A stretch of 64,000 nt of DNA, from contig CM120640.1 of assembly GCA_051362555.1 (NCBI GenBank), positions 3,782,001 through 3,846,000 of the forward strand, read 5' to 3'. A program made the translations under genes and the position numbers. Source of the stretch: Lingula anatina (taxonomy: Eukaryota > Animalia > Brachiopoda). Each line of letters starts with the position of its first letter. The stretch's first letter is position 1. Under the pieces are notes generated by a model. That model was not told the origin of the DNA, made no database searches, and saw only the letters and a list, made by a program, of their open reading frames with translations. Below, piece after piece: positions 1 through 14,200 of this stretch.

Positions 1-946
1 TACAAGTAGTTAACGCTGTTCAAATGCTCGTCTGTGTGGTACAAAAATAATACTGGGAGAAATTAAAAGGAGTCGGTGCTCGCTCTCTCTCTTTCTCTCA
101 TGACAAGTAATTAAACTTCCGGTAAAGTTTATACTTGGTATCATTACAGTATCATTTAGGGATTACTGCATACAGCTCTACTTTCAAATGAATTCATGAA
201 TGTTTGTAAACTAGGAAGATAACCCGGCTTGATACCAACACGTGCGCTATGTTTTGTTTTAATTGGGTCATGGTAATATCAGCGTCACTGATTGGTCTAG
301 AAGTTAGTTTGACCTAGTTGAAGTGGAGGTGCTCTGTGGGAAGATGTAAGCTGTAAGTTGCATGTTGTGTTGCAGGTAAAATGCTTTATTGTTTTATAAA
401 AGTCACTCTTTTTTCCATACAGTTTGTAAGATATTAATTCAAACGATGAACCTTACAGGATCTCACGCATTGCAAAGTTTCGTGAGTTTTTAGGGTTCCT
501 CGACTTAAGCATGGGGCTACATTCCAATTTTCCATTTCACAAATGTAATCAAGGAGTTATAACTCCTTGATTTAATTGTCTATGAAAATGAACGAGCTTA
601 AACCTGGATACCGCAAATAATCATAGTCAAGTGCTTTTATACTGTTTTGCTTAATTACCAAAGTGTAAGATTACACTTGTGAAAGTCCAGGGCAACTTCA
701 TTCTTGGACCCAATGATTTTTGCCTCAGAACCTGTACAGGCTACAGCATGGGTAGGTATCCTATAAGTATTTAATGCTTTAACCAAGCATGTAAGGCCAA
801 AAACTGAAGCAAGGACCCATCATGTTACATTTACTGGTATGATGGGTCCAAGCTTCAGTGAGACGTCCATTGTGATAAAAAATGCAGGATTTTTTTCAGG
901 ACCATCTCAAAAAAGACTTAATAAATGTGTCTTTTTTTTTCTTCAG

Positions 947-1518
947 TGAAAGTGCTCGACAGTTGTCCAAACACTCGTGTTACTTTCCAATGCCCTGGTG
1001 GTAATAAGATCAACATAATCAAAGAACAGTATGGCCACAACCCCTCTGGTGGCAGGTGCGGAGCACCAGGTCCTCTGGACTGTAAGATTGATGCTAAGGT
1101 AATGAAACTGATACAATAACAAGATTACAAAAATTGTAAGAATCTATACATACCTCTCTAGAAATCTTTTCTATTTTCCTTGTATCTTGCGAAATTTGAC
1201 AAAATTTTGATAACATTCCAAATTGAGTTATTTTTTTAAGTTTATTTCAAGATTTTATATAGAAAAGTTATTTAAATATCTCCAGTTGATTTTACCTAGG
1301 ATTCAATATGATGCTAGATCCTAGATTTTACATAAAATAATACAGTATTAATTTTGTTTCTTTCCAGGTCATCATACAGCGCTGCCATGGTAGGACCAGC
1401 TGTAACTCCTATGCCACCACCGGCCAGTTGACAGCTGCTCAGTGTGCGGATGTGGGATATAATTTAGATGTTCTTATCAACTATGTGCACATTGAATATA
1501 CCTGTCTACCCGAAGTCA
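947..1518 (+). CDS. SUEL/Gal_lectin-like domain of gene 1 (exons 947-1098 and 1368-1518)
   Basis: Spliced translation VKVLDSCPNTRVTFQCPGGNKINIIKEQYGHNPSGGRC...DCKIDAK|VIIQRCHGRTSC...NYVHIEYTC follows the SUEL pattern (C..C, I-I, YG, C-x-G-x-x-x-C, Y-x-x-I-x-Y-x-C). Confidence 0.7.
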
Positions 1519-4407
1519 GTAAGTGCTCTTTATTCACAGTTTAATATGTCTCACAAAATTCTGTCATGAAACCCAGGATGCTAAAATAACACCATTAATT
1601 GGAACAGGGAACCATCCCTTATTATACGTCACAGATTAAAATTCCTGGCAAATCAATTTGGTCATCTTTTAACTAGTTTTGAACCTGCAGTGTCTAATAC
1701 GTACTGCATCCTTAGCAAGGAATGAAACAACTGAATGAATCTTTTTTCAATTTGATTAATCTACATAATTTTTTTTTCAGGGGCAAGGTTGGCTTTGAAA
1801 GCGGACTGCAATCCAGGCGTCGACAGATGCGCTGACTACTTCGCTCTCTGTGATGCGCAAACACGATCATGCCAATGTGAGGAGGCATACTATGATAAAG
1901 GTGGCGCTTGTGGTAGGTTGACTGATAGTAAGGCGTGAAAGATGGAATGTTAAAATTGATCTAAACTTCATAATTATAAGTAAATATATTTATAGATGTT
2001 TAATGAGTTGGATCAGGTGAAATTTTATATTCCCATAATTTCTTAAGATTTATGCAAACTTTTGTTGATAAAATGAATGCTAATACATTTCAAGTTAGGT
2101 TGCTAATATAAACAAAATGCTTTTTCTAAAAACTAATTCATTTAGTTTGAATAATTCAGTGAATAACTGCAGTATTTTTAGTGCACTGCCTAATTATCTG
2201 AAGTTCTTTTGTGTCAGTTCCTAAAATCCTGTTAAACAAACCTTGTCAACCAGAGGAGGCATGTCTGGATCCCAATGCTTCTTGTCTCAGTGGCTTGTGC
2301 GTCTGCAATGAAGACAACTTTTATGACAAAAATGAGACCTGTGGTATGTTGGTTTGATTTGAGGAACTGTGATGAAATTTCTCAAGTGAATTTGAATTAA
2401 TAGTTATTCTGGGAAAGAAAAATTTCAAGTTATTTTAATGTTAAATATAAAAATATGGATAAATTAACCTACTAGTATACTACTTTCATACCTGGAATTG
2501 AACCTGAAGCTTATTTCTAAGAGGTGCAATCTTAAAATAGCAGTTTAGGAATTTTACATTTTTATCTTGGTAGAATAAATTTTTACAGAACAGATTTATA
2601 TTTTCATGGCAGTGCCAAAGCTGCCAGTAGGTGGAGCCTGTGTGGCTGGCACAGATATCTGCTTGGATTCTAATGCAGCATGTGGTCTCTCAAACATGTG
2701 TGAGTGCAAGAAGGAGTTCTATGTGAAAAATGGAGAATGTGGTGAGTACACCAACCGTAAATCACTTGTTATTTGCACAGTTATTATTTGATTTGCATTA
2801 GTCAACATGAATAATGATAACTACTGATTCATCTTTACAATGTGAACACCCAATGTAAGTATTTTCTAGTATTGCTAACTATAGTTCATGAACATGCACA
2901 CTTACAGTTCTGCTTGAAATTGGTCATACTGTTAGTCATACCAAGACTAATTTTGGTACTCCATGAATTTTGCTTGGTTTCTGCTCAGATGTTTTACTTT
3001 TATATTCATCAAGGCATGTGATAGATTCATATGTTACTATGTTTATGCGGAGGCAGCAGTATATCAATACATATTAATGCATCAAACTCTACATGCAGTA
3101 TTCCGTGTTGTATTTCAGTACCCTTGCTCGGTTTGGGCAGTTCTTGTGTCCAGGGAGCTGACCAGTGTGAAGATCATAATGCCAAGTGTGTGTCAGGCAC
3201 ATGTCAGTGTGTGGGGGCATACTATAATAAAGACAGTGCATGTGGTAAGTGGTTGAGGGGCACATGTCAGTGTGTGGGGGCATACTATAATAAGGACAGC
3301 TCATGTGGTAAGTGGTTGAGGGGCACATGTCAGTGTGTGGGGGCATACTATAATAAGGACAGCTCATGTGGTAAGTGGTTGAGGGGCACATGTCAGTGTG
3401 GGGGAGCATACTATAATAAAGACAGCTCATGTGGTAAGTGGTTGAGGGGCACATGTCAGTGTGTGGGGGCATACTGTAATAAAGACAGCTCATGTGGTAA
3501 GTGGTTGAGGGGCACATGTCAGTGTGTGGGGGCATACTATAATAAAGACAGCTCATGTGGTAAGTGGTTGAGGGGCACATGTCAGTGTGTGGGGGCATAC
3601 TATAATAAAGACAGCTCATGTGGTAAGTGGTTGAGGGGCACATGTCAGTGTGTGGGGGCATACTATAATAAAGACAGTTCATGTGGTAAGCGGTTGAGGG
3701 GCATGTTTCTGTATGTGAGTCCTTTTATCAAAAGGACTGTGCTCTACTTACTTTGCTTTGATTTCAGAATGCACTTGCTCATACAGGCCATGCATGATGA
3801 TTTTTTCTATATCTGCAGAATTCCTAAAGACATGTTTTCATGCCCCTTTCTTAAAATATACAGAAAGTAAACAACAGTTATTTGATAATATGATATTATT
3901 TTTATGATTTCTTTATATTTCTTGCCAGTCCTCAAGCTTGAGCTGAAGTCTAAGTGTGACCTGAGGGTTGATGAGTGCAGTGATGAAAACTCAGCATGTG
4001 TTCAGGGCACCTGCTCCTGTAACCCAGACTATTTTGAGAAGGAGAATAAATGTGGTAAATTGGGCACACCGTCTTTACTCTTTCTCTTTAGATTGTTTAA
4101 ATAAGCACATGAAAGGGATTTTATGATTCCACATATTTCAGGATATACTGTTTCTGCATTTATCTTAAAACTGAAAAATCACTTATGATATTTATTAATT
4201 GAGAATTTATGGATTATTTATTTCATATTCAATCAGAGTCTAAAGTACTGATAGATGAAAGCTGTACAAGAAGAGAAGAGTGCCTTGACCCAGTAGCACT
4301 GTGTGAGAATGGGAAGTGTAGCTGTAGAGCCACACATTACAAAAACAGGGACAGTACTTGTGGTAAGGCAATATGAAGATTTTTACCATATAATATATTT
4401 ATATTAA

Positions 4408-4460
<53 letters not shown>

Positions 4461-7400
4461 CTTGTGCACGCATTCTAACCGAGGACACACACCCGCCCGA
4501 AACCCACTAACCGAGGACACACCTCCAACCGAGGACGTCCTCGGTTGACATAAGCAGTGGAATGCATAAAGGGGCCCATTTCAAGTTAGGTGGTGAAATT
4601 TGACGCTATTCTGAGCCAGTCCTCGGTTATGCTGTATAGCGCGGGCCAAATTCCCGCCATGAGTGTATCAGAAATACTGTCCAACTTTTTGTCTGAAATC
4701 GGGCTATACACACGCGTCCTCGGTTGTGCTGTAAAGGGCGGACCAAATTCCGCGTCCTCGGTTGTGCTGTAAAGGGCAGACTAAACTGAAACTAATGTTA
4801 TATCTCAGATGTCTATATATTCAGTAAGTTCATATTTTTAAACTAAAGGTCTTTTTTATCAAATTAAGCTCTCCTAGGCCGTTACGTAACTACATAACTA
4901 TCATCGCACTGTACATATTACGGCACGCTTCTTTATTAGTACAACTGACTTGGAGTGGTTTAAATAAAGAAGAACTGTCTGAATTTGTGGCTCACTCGGT
5001 AGATCTTAGGACCGACAATCTTTTGAGGGTGCAAGAATTAAATGAAAAGGGTAAATGGATCGTCCGTAAACCCCCTTTACACTGGGGCGGCGTCCTTTGT
5101 GCGACCAAGAAACTGGCATCACTGTGGTCGTAGAAAGGAGGTACAAGCATTGCTTTGGTTGAAAAAAATGAATATTTGGTGATTGGCCAGTTGTCAGAAA
5201 GTTAAGTATTATAATTTTGTACTCTCAAATGGATCCGTACTACAGGACGCAGAAAGGCCTCACAGCAAATTAAGTATAGGCCTAACGACAGTGTTATACA
5301 AACGCAAAAAAGGTGATAGCAGAGTTGCATTTCAGTTCTTGCCCGTTCTCAAATTTACGTTTTGAATATTTTTCATGTAGATTGTTCAAGTAAAACATCG
5401 ACTTTTGTTTTTTAAATATAGAAAAGGTAATCAGTAGTCTATAGCACACAAGCAAAATTTATTTTTGAGCAAAATTGTTTCAATAACAGATCTTCGTGTA
5501 GCCCCTCCTGCCGAGCTGTGGTTTCAGATTTTTCTCAATTTTACTTGGTCGATCTTATAGATTTTTCTAAATATTCTTGGGGGAGCCCCCCCCCCCCCAA
5601 TCCCCCACCACTGTGCCACCCCTCCTCCCATAAAGAATGCATACAAATCATTTTACCATAGCCACGCCCTTCAGGGTCACCTCTTTTTATAGCGCCGGCT
5701 TGTGAGGCGATCGGCGATCATCGGCGATTATCGACTGACTTCGCTACGCTCCCTAGTGCACGAGACATCGACATACATGTAGTTCCCGAGTGGATTGTGA
5801 TGTCCTTTAAAAAAAGAAAACTAAAGGCCATTTAATAAAGGAAAACCACCACCGATATAAAGGCTTTATAGAGTATAGTTTTCATTTTTAACCAGGAAGC
5901 GAATGACGAAATATTAGTCTCGTTTTCGGTCTCATACCCTTATGGAATGAAGCCACGCGCGGCGGAAATTAACGGGGCCGTAGCGATAGTCCGAAGGTTC
6001 AATGGTCCGAATGTTCACTATAGAACCTTCGGACCAATGAACCCTTGATTAAAAAATCGATAAAAATGTTACCACTTTTCGGACCATTGAACCTTCGGAC
6101 CAATGAACCTTCGGACTATCGAGACGCCCCCAAATTAACGAAGTGAAACAACGAAAAAAAAAACGACTGTACGTTTCTCCTACGACGGCATGGTTCCATG
6201 TGGTTGCACAGTGTTTGCTCTGATTTTCTTTTATTAAGAACAGGAATGGCACTTTCAAGAGGGAAACAGTTGGTGAGTTTATTATTAAGTTTTTAAAGAA
6301 TCTTTTAATTATAAAATCGAGTGTGTAAGTTGGTTTTTCTGTTACTTTAGCTCTTATGTTATCATGAACCGATCTGGATAGATATGAAACATGACTCATG
6401 GTTGCCCCGCTCTGGGACAAGTCTTCAAAAAACTTATTTTTGTTCAGTGAAATTTTCTGCTATATCAGAATAAATTTGTTACTTGATTAATTATATTTGA
6501 TTAATTACCAGTAAGGTTTAATGAAAGCAATTATGCTGATTAGTTGACTTTTTAAAAAGCAACCCATTTATATTCCATTCTAGCTGAGACTATCCATGAA
6601 GAGGAAAAGGGTAAGCAATTACTCTGTTCAATACTTTCAATAAATAAGATGTGTTACTTATTGATCGAACTTACCTCACACAAGCATGTTATTAATCAAA
6701 CCTACTTAAGAGTAGAATGTGTGGCAATAGTACAATTCACAGATTTTATTTTTTGTCAAATTTCTTTGAGACTTTTGTAATTGTATTTGGAGAGCAATTA
6801 CCCTTTGGAATATACTGCTAAAACAGAAAATACCTAGCTATACTTTGCGTAGCCAGCTTGCTGAGCAAAACTTTGCACCTCCATAACCTGGCATTGTACT
6901 GCAACACAGCAGATAATGTGGTATACAATGAGATTAACTACTTCTAACCCCACGCCCCCCCCCCTTTTTTCATTTCAAAACAATTTGCTTGCTTAATTCC
7001 ATATTTCACTAGAATATATGATGTATATATAGCTTTGTAAATTAAGTCCCTACTATTGTCACACATCATAAATATTAAGTTTTGTCTTGAATGAAAAAGA
7101 ATACCTTCAATATTATTGTCTTGTCCTTCAAACCTTTCATAACCTGAACCAAGATTTTAAGTACATTGTACTGTGGTTACTATGACATTCTTCACGTTTG
7201 GTCTGCTGGGAGAGAGAGTACATTTAGGGATTTAAATAACAACTGGGGAAATCTATCTGCAAAAGCAGCAGCAGAAACTTAAATGATCGCTTTATATCTC
7301 AGTTCCTTCCTCATTGACAGCAACATATAGTTTTTAGGGAGAATGTGACACAAAGACCCAATGTTGTTTTTTCTTCGGCATTTCCTCCTCATTGTTTACT

Positions 7401-10400
7401 GCAATTATTATCATCAGTTAATGAAACTGAGAAAGTAATTAAGTGACAGCACATTGTTTATAATGAATGAAGTCATCAGGTGCATGTTACTGAGCGTTTA
7501 AAAGGTCTAGCGACACATTTTATCGCCAAGTGTTCTAGCAAAAAGAGAGAGAATAAGTCTGATAAATCAGGGGATTTTTAGTCTGAATTGGGGGGGGGGG
7601 GGGGGGGGATTGGGAGATATGTCCCCAAATGGGGAGATTCTCAAGGGCACCAGCAGTGTTGACAGATCTGAAATTTTTTTTCGTGAAATGAGTCTGCTAT
7701 GTAAAATTATCATACAATAGATGGTATCATACGTGCCTTAGATCTTCAGTGTGTGCAACAACAGGTGATGCTAAAAAATGTAACAAAAATGTGTGTGTTT
7801 ATGAGGGGACAGTTAGTGGTAGGCCTATTTCTATCGGTAGTTGAATAAAAATAGTCTAGTCTAGAATAATGTATGTGTGCATCTGAGATGTTGAACATGC
7901 AAAAAGTTTTTAAATTATAATAAATAAACACCAGAAATAGGAACATTTTTTAACCCTATAGAGACCGTTACCGCACCGGTGCGGTAAATTCTCCATATAC
8001 CCCAAAGGCCCAATACCGCACCGGTGCATATCTTGGAAAGATCGTCTTGTATACTCTTTTGTATCAGGAGTCACGAAATAACATACAGTTTAACATCCAG
8101 GTATGTTCCTTGTCTCTCATCCTAGCCATTTTTAAAGAACGTGAGAAATAAATTTGAGGTAGAAAACGGCAATTTTCTAGACTTAGTTGCAGTAAGTGAG
8201 ATCAAGATGGCGGCGTCTCGCCACAGTAAGGCTCATGTATACCTGATAGCAAAACGAGCATAACTTGGAAACTAATGAGAGTAACTCTCTCAAATTTTCT
8301 GTATTGAAAGCGAAGATAGTTGGTATCATCCCTGTGAATTTTCAGGCAAATGTGTGGAGAAATGAAAAAAAAAATATGCATAAGATAAATAAACTTTGTT
8401 TATTATCGCCGATTACCAAATAAGAAAGTTGTTTTTAACCGTTTTTAACTGTTGATGCTGCTTGTTAATTTCAAATGTAATTCAATTTTCATTTAGCTTA
8501 AAGTCTTGGCTTTTTATAAATGTATACTTTGTATGGGTAATAATGGCACACAAATAAATAATGGCCAATTTACTGCAGTGACCCCGCTTTTCAAGATTAG
8601 CCCACAGAATTAATTGGGCCCAGCAGAGGTTTATGGGTCAGCATTAACAGGTCTCTTAGGAGTTAAATGGCTTTGCGCCATGGCCGTGAACAGCACACAT
8701 AATGTAATATAATCTATGTTCATCAGAAAAAAAAATATTCGAAAAAAGGTTATCCTTGTCCAAGCACTTGTTGCAATATGTAGTTTTTTTTCTGCAGTTT
8801 GTTGGCTGAAACGGGTAGTGTTTTCATGTGCACGTAGATATTTCTGACATAATCTTTGCACCACAAATGGTCCTAGAATCCCCACCAGAGTTTTTCGTAC
8901 TCAGTAGTATGCCTAACTTTGTTATTTGAAAGGAGCCTAGGGGTCTGTTACTCCCCTATCAAGCATGATTATCAGTGTTAAATTTGTAAATTTGTACATA
9001 ATAGCACAATCTTTTCTTGATGTACTTGGGGTTGGCAAAGTTTTATATTTCTTAGATCATTTAACAATTACCAATCATTCTATTATAATCATTCCAGGAT
9101 GACACCACCCTAACTCCAATTCATGATGCAGAAAGGTGGATAAAAGCATGTCAAGACAAAGATGGATTTGAAGTTCGTTTTGTAAATAAAGAAAAAGGTA
9201 TTTACTTTTAGGCTATTTTCTCTCTTTTATTTTGTTAATTTTTTTGACCATTTATTTCTAGAAAGATGTAGTGATAAGTGATCAATTAAGTAAATTTGGA
9301 ACAGAAATTCTTATTTTAAAAAAATCTCTTCATGATTCACTGTGTGATAATACTTTTGTAAGGAGGAAATGCCAATTTCAGGTTCTGGAGTGTTTTCTAC
9401 AAAGACTTTTTCAAAAGGAGAGTTTATTGCGGATTATCCAGGGGAACTCATTTCGCAGAAGGATGCGAAAAAAAGGGAGAAATTAAAAGGATATACAAGG
9501 AGTCGGCATTGCTACATGTATTTTTTCAAACATGATGGAAAATTGCTGTGGTAAGACAAAACCAACATGATTTATATTGTAAGGGATATAGTTTACGCCT
9601 ATCGCATGGCACTGAGGGAAATAGCACTATTCTATTTCCCAGAGACCAGATTTCACGAGGCTTCAATAGGTCTGTTCAAGGGGAAATAGAATCGTGCTAT
9701 ATCCAAAAAAGCCATACAATAGGCCTTTTATCACACCAAAACAAACGCTAAGTTGACTTTTTAGCAATCTCCATAAATCAACATTGTTATTTCCTTCAAT
9801 CAGATATAGGCCACCCCCACTGAACATGGTAACATCACAATGCAAACCACTCATGTAGGCGTAAATTACCCCATTAGCCTTAAAAAAAAACCTGTGATTT
9901 TTATTGTCACTGCTCACAAATTTGTGCAAATTACATAGGTTGCATAACGCCTCATTGTCTTTCTGATGCTCAACCACGTTTGATTGTTTGCATGCCATGG
10001 AAGGGAAAAAAGTATTTTTTCGGAATCTGATTGGTTGTTCAGAGGGACAATAGTACTGCATCCAGTTAAATAGTACTACTTCACTCCAGCCGGGGACAAA
10101 CAAATTTTATACCAACAACAATGAAGATGTAGCCTTAAGGTGTGATAATGAAAGCTATATGTTTTAACAGAGATTGGGACACATTTGAAATATTAGGGAT
10201 AAATTTTGTAGGATTAATTGTCTGTTCTTGGGCAAAGAATATTGATATTTATGTCTTAAGTATTCCATTTCATATTTTAGAGTAAGCAACTTAGTATATA
10301 AGGTTAATATATTGTAAGGAGTTTTAAAAATATCGACTTAACAATTGGTTATAGTAAGCCCAAGGTAGTGTTTTGTGGTTACTATATTTACAGCAATAAA

Positions 10401-10675
10401 ATTTGAGGAAATGCTTTTTTTCAGTCTGGATGCAACTAAAAGCTACGAAAGGATTGGCAGGATGATAAATGACAGTCCAGAGCCAAATGCTGTAACAAAA
10501 AAGATGGTGATATCATCCACACCACACTTGGTACTGTTTGCTGCAAGAGATCTGGCTGTAGGTGAAGAAATCACATTTGATTATGGTGATGAACAAAACT
10601 TATACTGGAGAAGAAAAAAGGTATTTTTTTCTCAAAAGGACATGTTATTTAAATGCTGCAATTTCATTTTGCATG

Positions 10676-10726
<51 letters not shown>

Positions 10727-11175
10727 GGTTAGAAAATTAAAATTATTTCAAATAAGTTATCATTTATTATGCATTTTCACATGCAAAATATTTCATCAAA
10801 GTTTTAGTCAAATACATATATTAGGTAACTGTTTGTCAAAGATAAATACATAGCATGAACAACAATTTCAGGTTGCAGAAGATGCAAGTATGGAATTTGA
10901 GGCTGGTAAGTTGATTTTTTGTATTTTGTCATACAGCAGTTTTTTTATATTTGGTTATAGATATTTATGAACCTTTCTGTTTAAGTAATAAGATATCATT
11001 TGATCTTGAAGAGACCATACTTAATAATTATATCACTTTCTCATGTTAGATTCAGATTATGACCCGTTCCTGTTTGATTCAGACAATGAACTCAACATGA
11101 AAAAATATAAGGTAACTTTTTAAATTAATGTAGGATAAACATATTAAATGACAAATAGCAATTTAAAGTAAATGA

Positions 11176-11225
<50 letters not shown>

Positions 11226-14200
11226 CATATGTTACCATACTTTACCATAACATACCAATTACTAATAAGTTGTGTTGCAAAACATTCAAACAATGCTATT
11301 CATATCCTGCAGTTCTGTTTTCACCCTAACATTTACATTTACAGGTTCCTCTGTAAAGAAATAAAAGCTGACAAACGGCAAAAATAGCACAAATATACAG
11401 TCCATGTTTTTCTATTATAAAATTCATTATTCTCTGCATGATGTATTTACCACAGATACTTGTATCCGTAATTTTCATATTTCAGAAAACTGAAGAACAC
11501 TTCGAGCCCGAGATTGTTGAAAACAGTTACAGTGAGTATTAATTAATTAAGTTGTTTGTTGAAAAGTACACATTTGCATTTTTTAATAAGACATTTTACA
11601 TTTATTTATGTGATTTTGATAACTATAGGCCACCAGTGGGATATTGGGGCATAGAGTGCATTTGGCAATTGCACCCAAATTCGTGATCAGACTTAAAGAG
11701 TCTAGCAAAAGTTAAGTTTGTATTTCCGAAGCAGAGACTCTGGTACAAGATGCTTTTAGTTAGACAAAATTCAGAAGCTAGTAATTATCTCAATGAGGGT
11801 ATAAAGGTTGATTGCAATCAATGACAAATATTTAAGCTAAATTTAGGTAATTAAGACATACTCGACTATTTTTATATACAGTTTTATTGAATTTTTTTTT
11901 CACACAGGATTTTCAGTAGCTTATATATCCCATGGAACTAAATCACTTGTTAGTTTTTCAATGTCCATGTAATTTGTGGTACATAATGTAACAGTACATG
12001 AAAATTGGCCAAAGCACTCTTTGGTGCACTTTTTTCTGCCATGTTTGAATATTTGTCAGCTTTGCAGGTTTGTTTCCTGTATGGTGTCTGTCTATTTGTC
12101 AGCTGTCTAGTTTCATTACTGGTTGCTCAGTAGGCTGTTTATTGCAGGGTGTCATTTTTCCCTTTTCTCTTTTTTAAGTTTATATACCTTTGTGATTTCT
12201 CCATTTTAGGTGATGAGAGTAGCTTAATTACTCTACAAAATCCATCCTTTGAAAGGTTTATCACGTATGTATTTATGACTTCTAAAATGGCAGAGATACA
12301 TACATCCATGTATAACATTGAAACAGTTTGTTGCTAAGTCTGTTGTTAAATAATGATAAAATATTTCTTATTTTTCTTTGTATTATAGCATAGTCGTCAT
12401 GATTGGAATAATATTTCTTATTTTTATTTTTATTATTGAATAGTCATGATTAAAATTTGTTCATCTTGTTTTGAATACTTCTGAATTTATGACTTATCTG
12501 TTACTATTTGATATTCCAGAGACTCTAAGAATAACGTTGAATCCACAGAAAAGAACAGCAAAATTATTGCTAGTGAATTTGAATGTGAAACAGACGGTAA
12601 GTAAAATGGTCAGTGATGATAGTTTATGTATCCAAACCTACCAAAGTCTGATTTTGTTTGCATGCAAAACTTCCAAACTGCCAAATCCAGTTTACCCTGA
12701 TCCTAATAAATTGCTCACTAAAGAAGACTCATAAAATTATTTTAGGCTTTTAATGTGAAATATGGAATTGATACAGTAGCTTTCTTTTTACGTACAGACA
12801 CAAATGAGTCTGTACATATAGCTGTCACCTGCGTCTGTCGTGGCCGCCGCAGCCGTGCGCTCTCAGCGTAAACACGATAAGTTGAAAACCATTTAACATT
12901 TTGGCTTTATATTTACAGAGTTGATGAATATTAATATTACGCAGGTAAAAAAAATCAGCATGATTGGACTATTTTTTAAAAGTAAGACTTTTTTTTGCAT
13001 TTTCCGCACATATGCCACACCTTAAACACATTTCAAGAAGAACTGATAAGCCTATTGTCTTGAAACTCACAGGAGTGATCAGTCTTACTGAAATACAGAT
13101 CAAGTTTGAAAATAAGCTTGATTGGCTCCGTTTTGAGGGCCTTTATTTGTATATATGTGCTTTTTCCTCAAATTCAATTCTTAGGCATGTTAACAGTCGT
13201 TATTGAACTAATGAGATACATGAAAGTGTTTGACTGATATATTCTGCATCTTTACAATATTGTTAGTTGAGTATATAGAATTGATGGTAAACCTGTTATC
13301 ATGCATTGTGTAATATAAAGGGTAAAAAATAAAAATTAACTCATATTATTGCAGTCTGTCAGATTCAATCATTCACTATGTTCAGAATGGAGGAAATTGG
13401 ACATTTATAACTGTTCGTTTGACATTTTTCCCATCTCAACAATTTTCTCAGTGGATCACATAAAAATGGCAGTAAACTGTTTATTTAGTTTTATGTCTAA
13501 AAAGTGTCAAAATAGCAATAAACCCATTTCAGTACAGTGATCTCTTGTTTACATTTTGGCATTTTCAAGGTGTGAGTTTGAAGTTCCATTGGCCTGAAGA
13601 CCTATGATAGTCACATTTTCTCAATATCCATGATACTAATATTTTATTATCAAAAATTGATGGTGTTTATGCTGTTAAGCATTATGTAATATTGCATCAA
13701 AATTTGAAGAAGACCCTATTTTTTGCACTGTTTCATGATGACCATTTAGGGAAAACCATGACCATGTCACTTACTGTTAACAAAATTACAGGAAAGAAAC
13801 ATGGGACTGAAATACAGCTTCAGTTGCCAATGCAATCTGTTTGTTTTTCAGGCAGTTATACAGTTTTTTGTAAAAATTAAATTTTTCAAATATTGGCACT
13901 ATCAAGGTGTGACTTTGAAGTTCCATGGGCTTGAGGGTCTATGCTAGTCACATTTTCTGACTATCAATGATACATATATTGTATTATTAAAAATTGATGG
14001 TTATGATGCTGTTAAGCATTATGAAATATTGCATCAAAATTGAAGAAAATCCTATTTTGGTGCACTGCGGCCATGATGCCCATTTAAGTAAAACCATGTC
14101 ACTTACTGTTATCAAACTTAAAAAAAGAAACACAGGACTAAAATGTTACTTATTATTATTTTTAACTTACAAGAAAGATTTTTAGGATTGGCATGCAGCT

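Noticed and set aside
300-760. First (signal-peptide) exon of gene 1 near the GT sites at ~376 or ~752
   Set aside because: No convincing ATG plus hydrophobic signal in the right phase was found; the exon is probably upstream of the window.
3089-3682. 197-aa minus-strand ORF
   Set aside because: Antisense shadow of the 63-bp repeat; no independent evidence.
3196-3703. CRISPR-like regular repeat
   Set aside because: Units are head-to-tail with no unique spacers, derive from an exon end, and lie in a eukaryotic gene with no cas genes.
4985-5150. tRNA gene or SINE head (GTGGCTCACTCGGTAGA resembles an A-box)
   Set aside because: No B-box or cloverleaf could be identified.
9098-10620. Calling this the host KMT5A/SETD8 gene
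   Set aside because: The NHS motif is altered, the domain is N-terminal and apparently fused to a recombinase inside an element; no gene symbol assigned.
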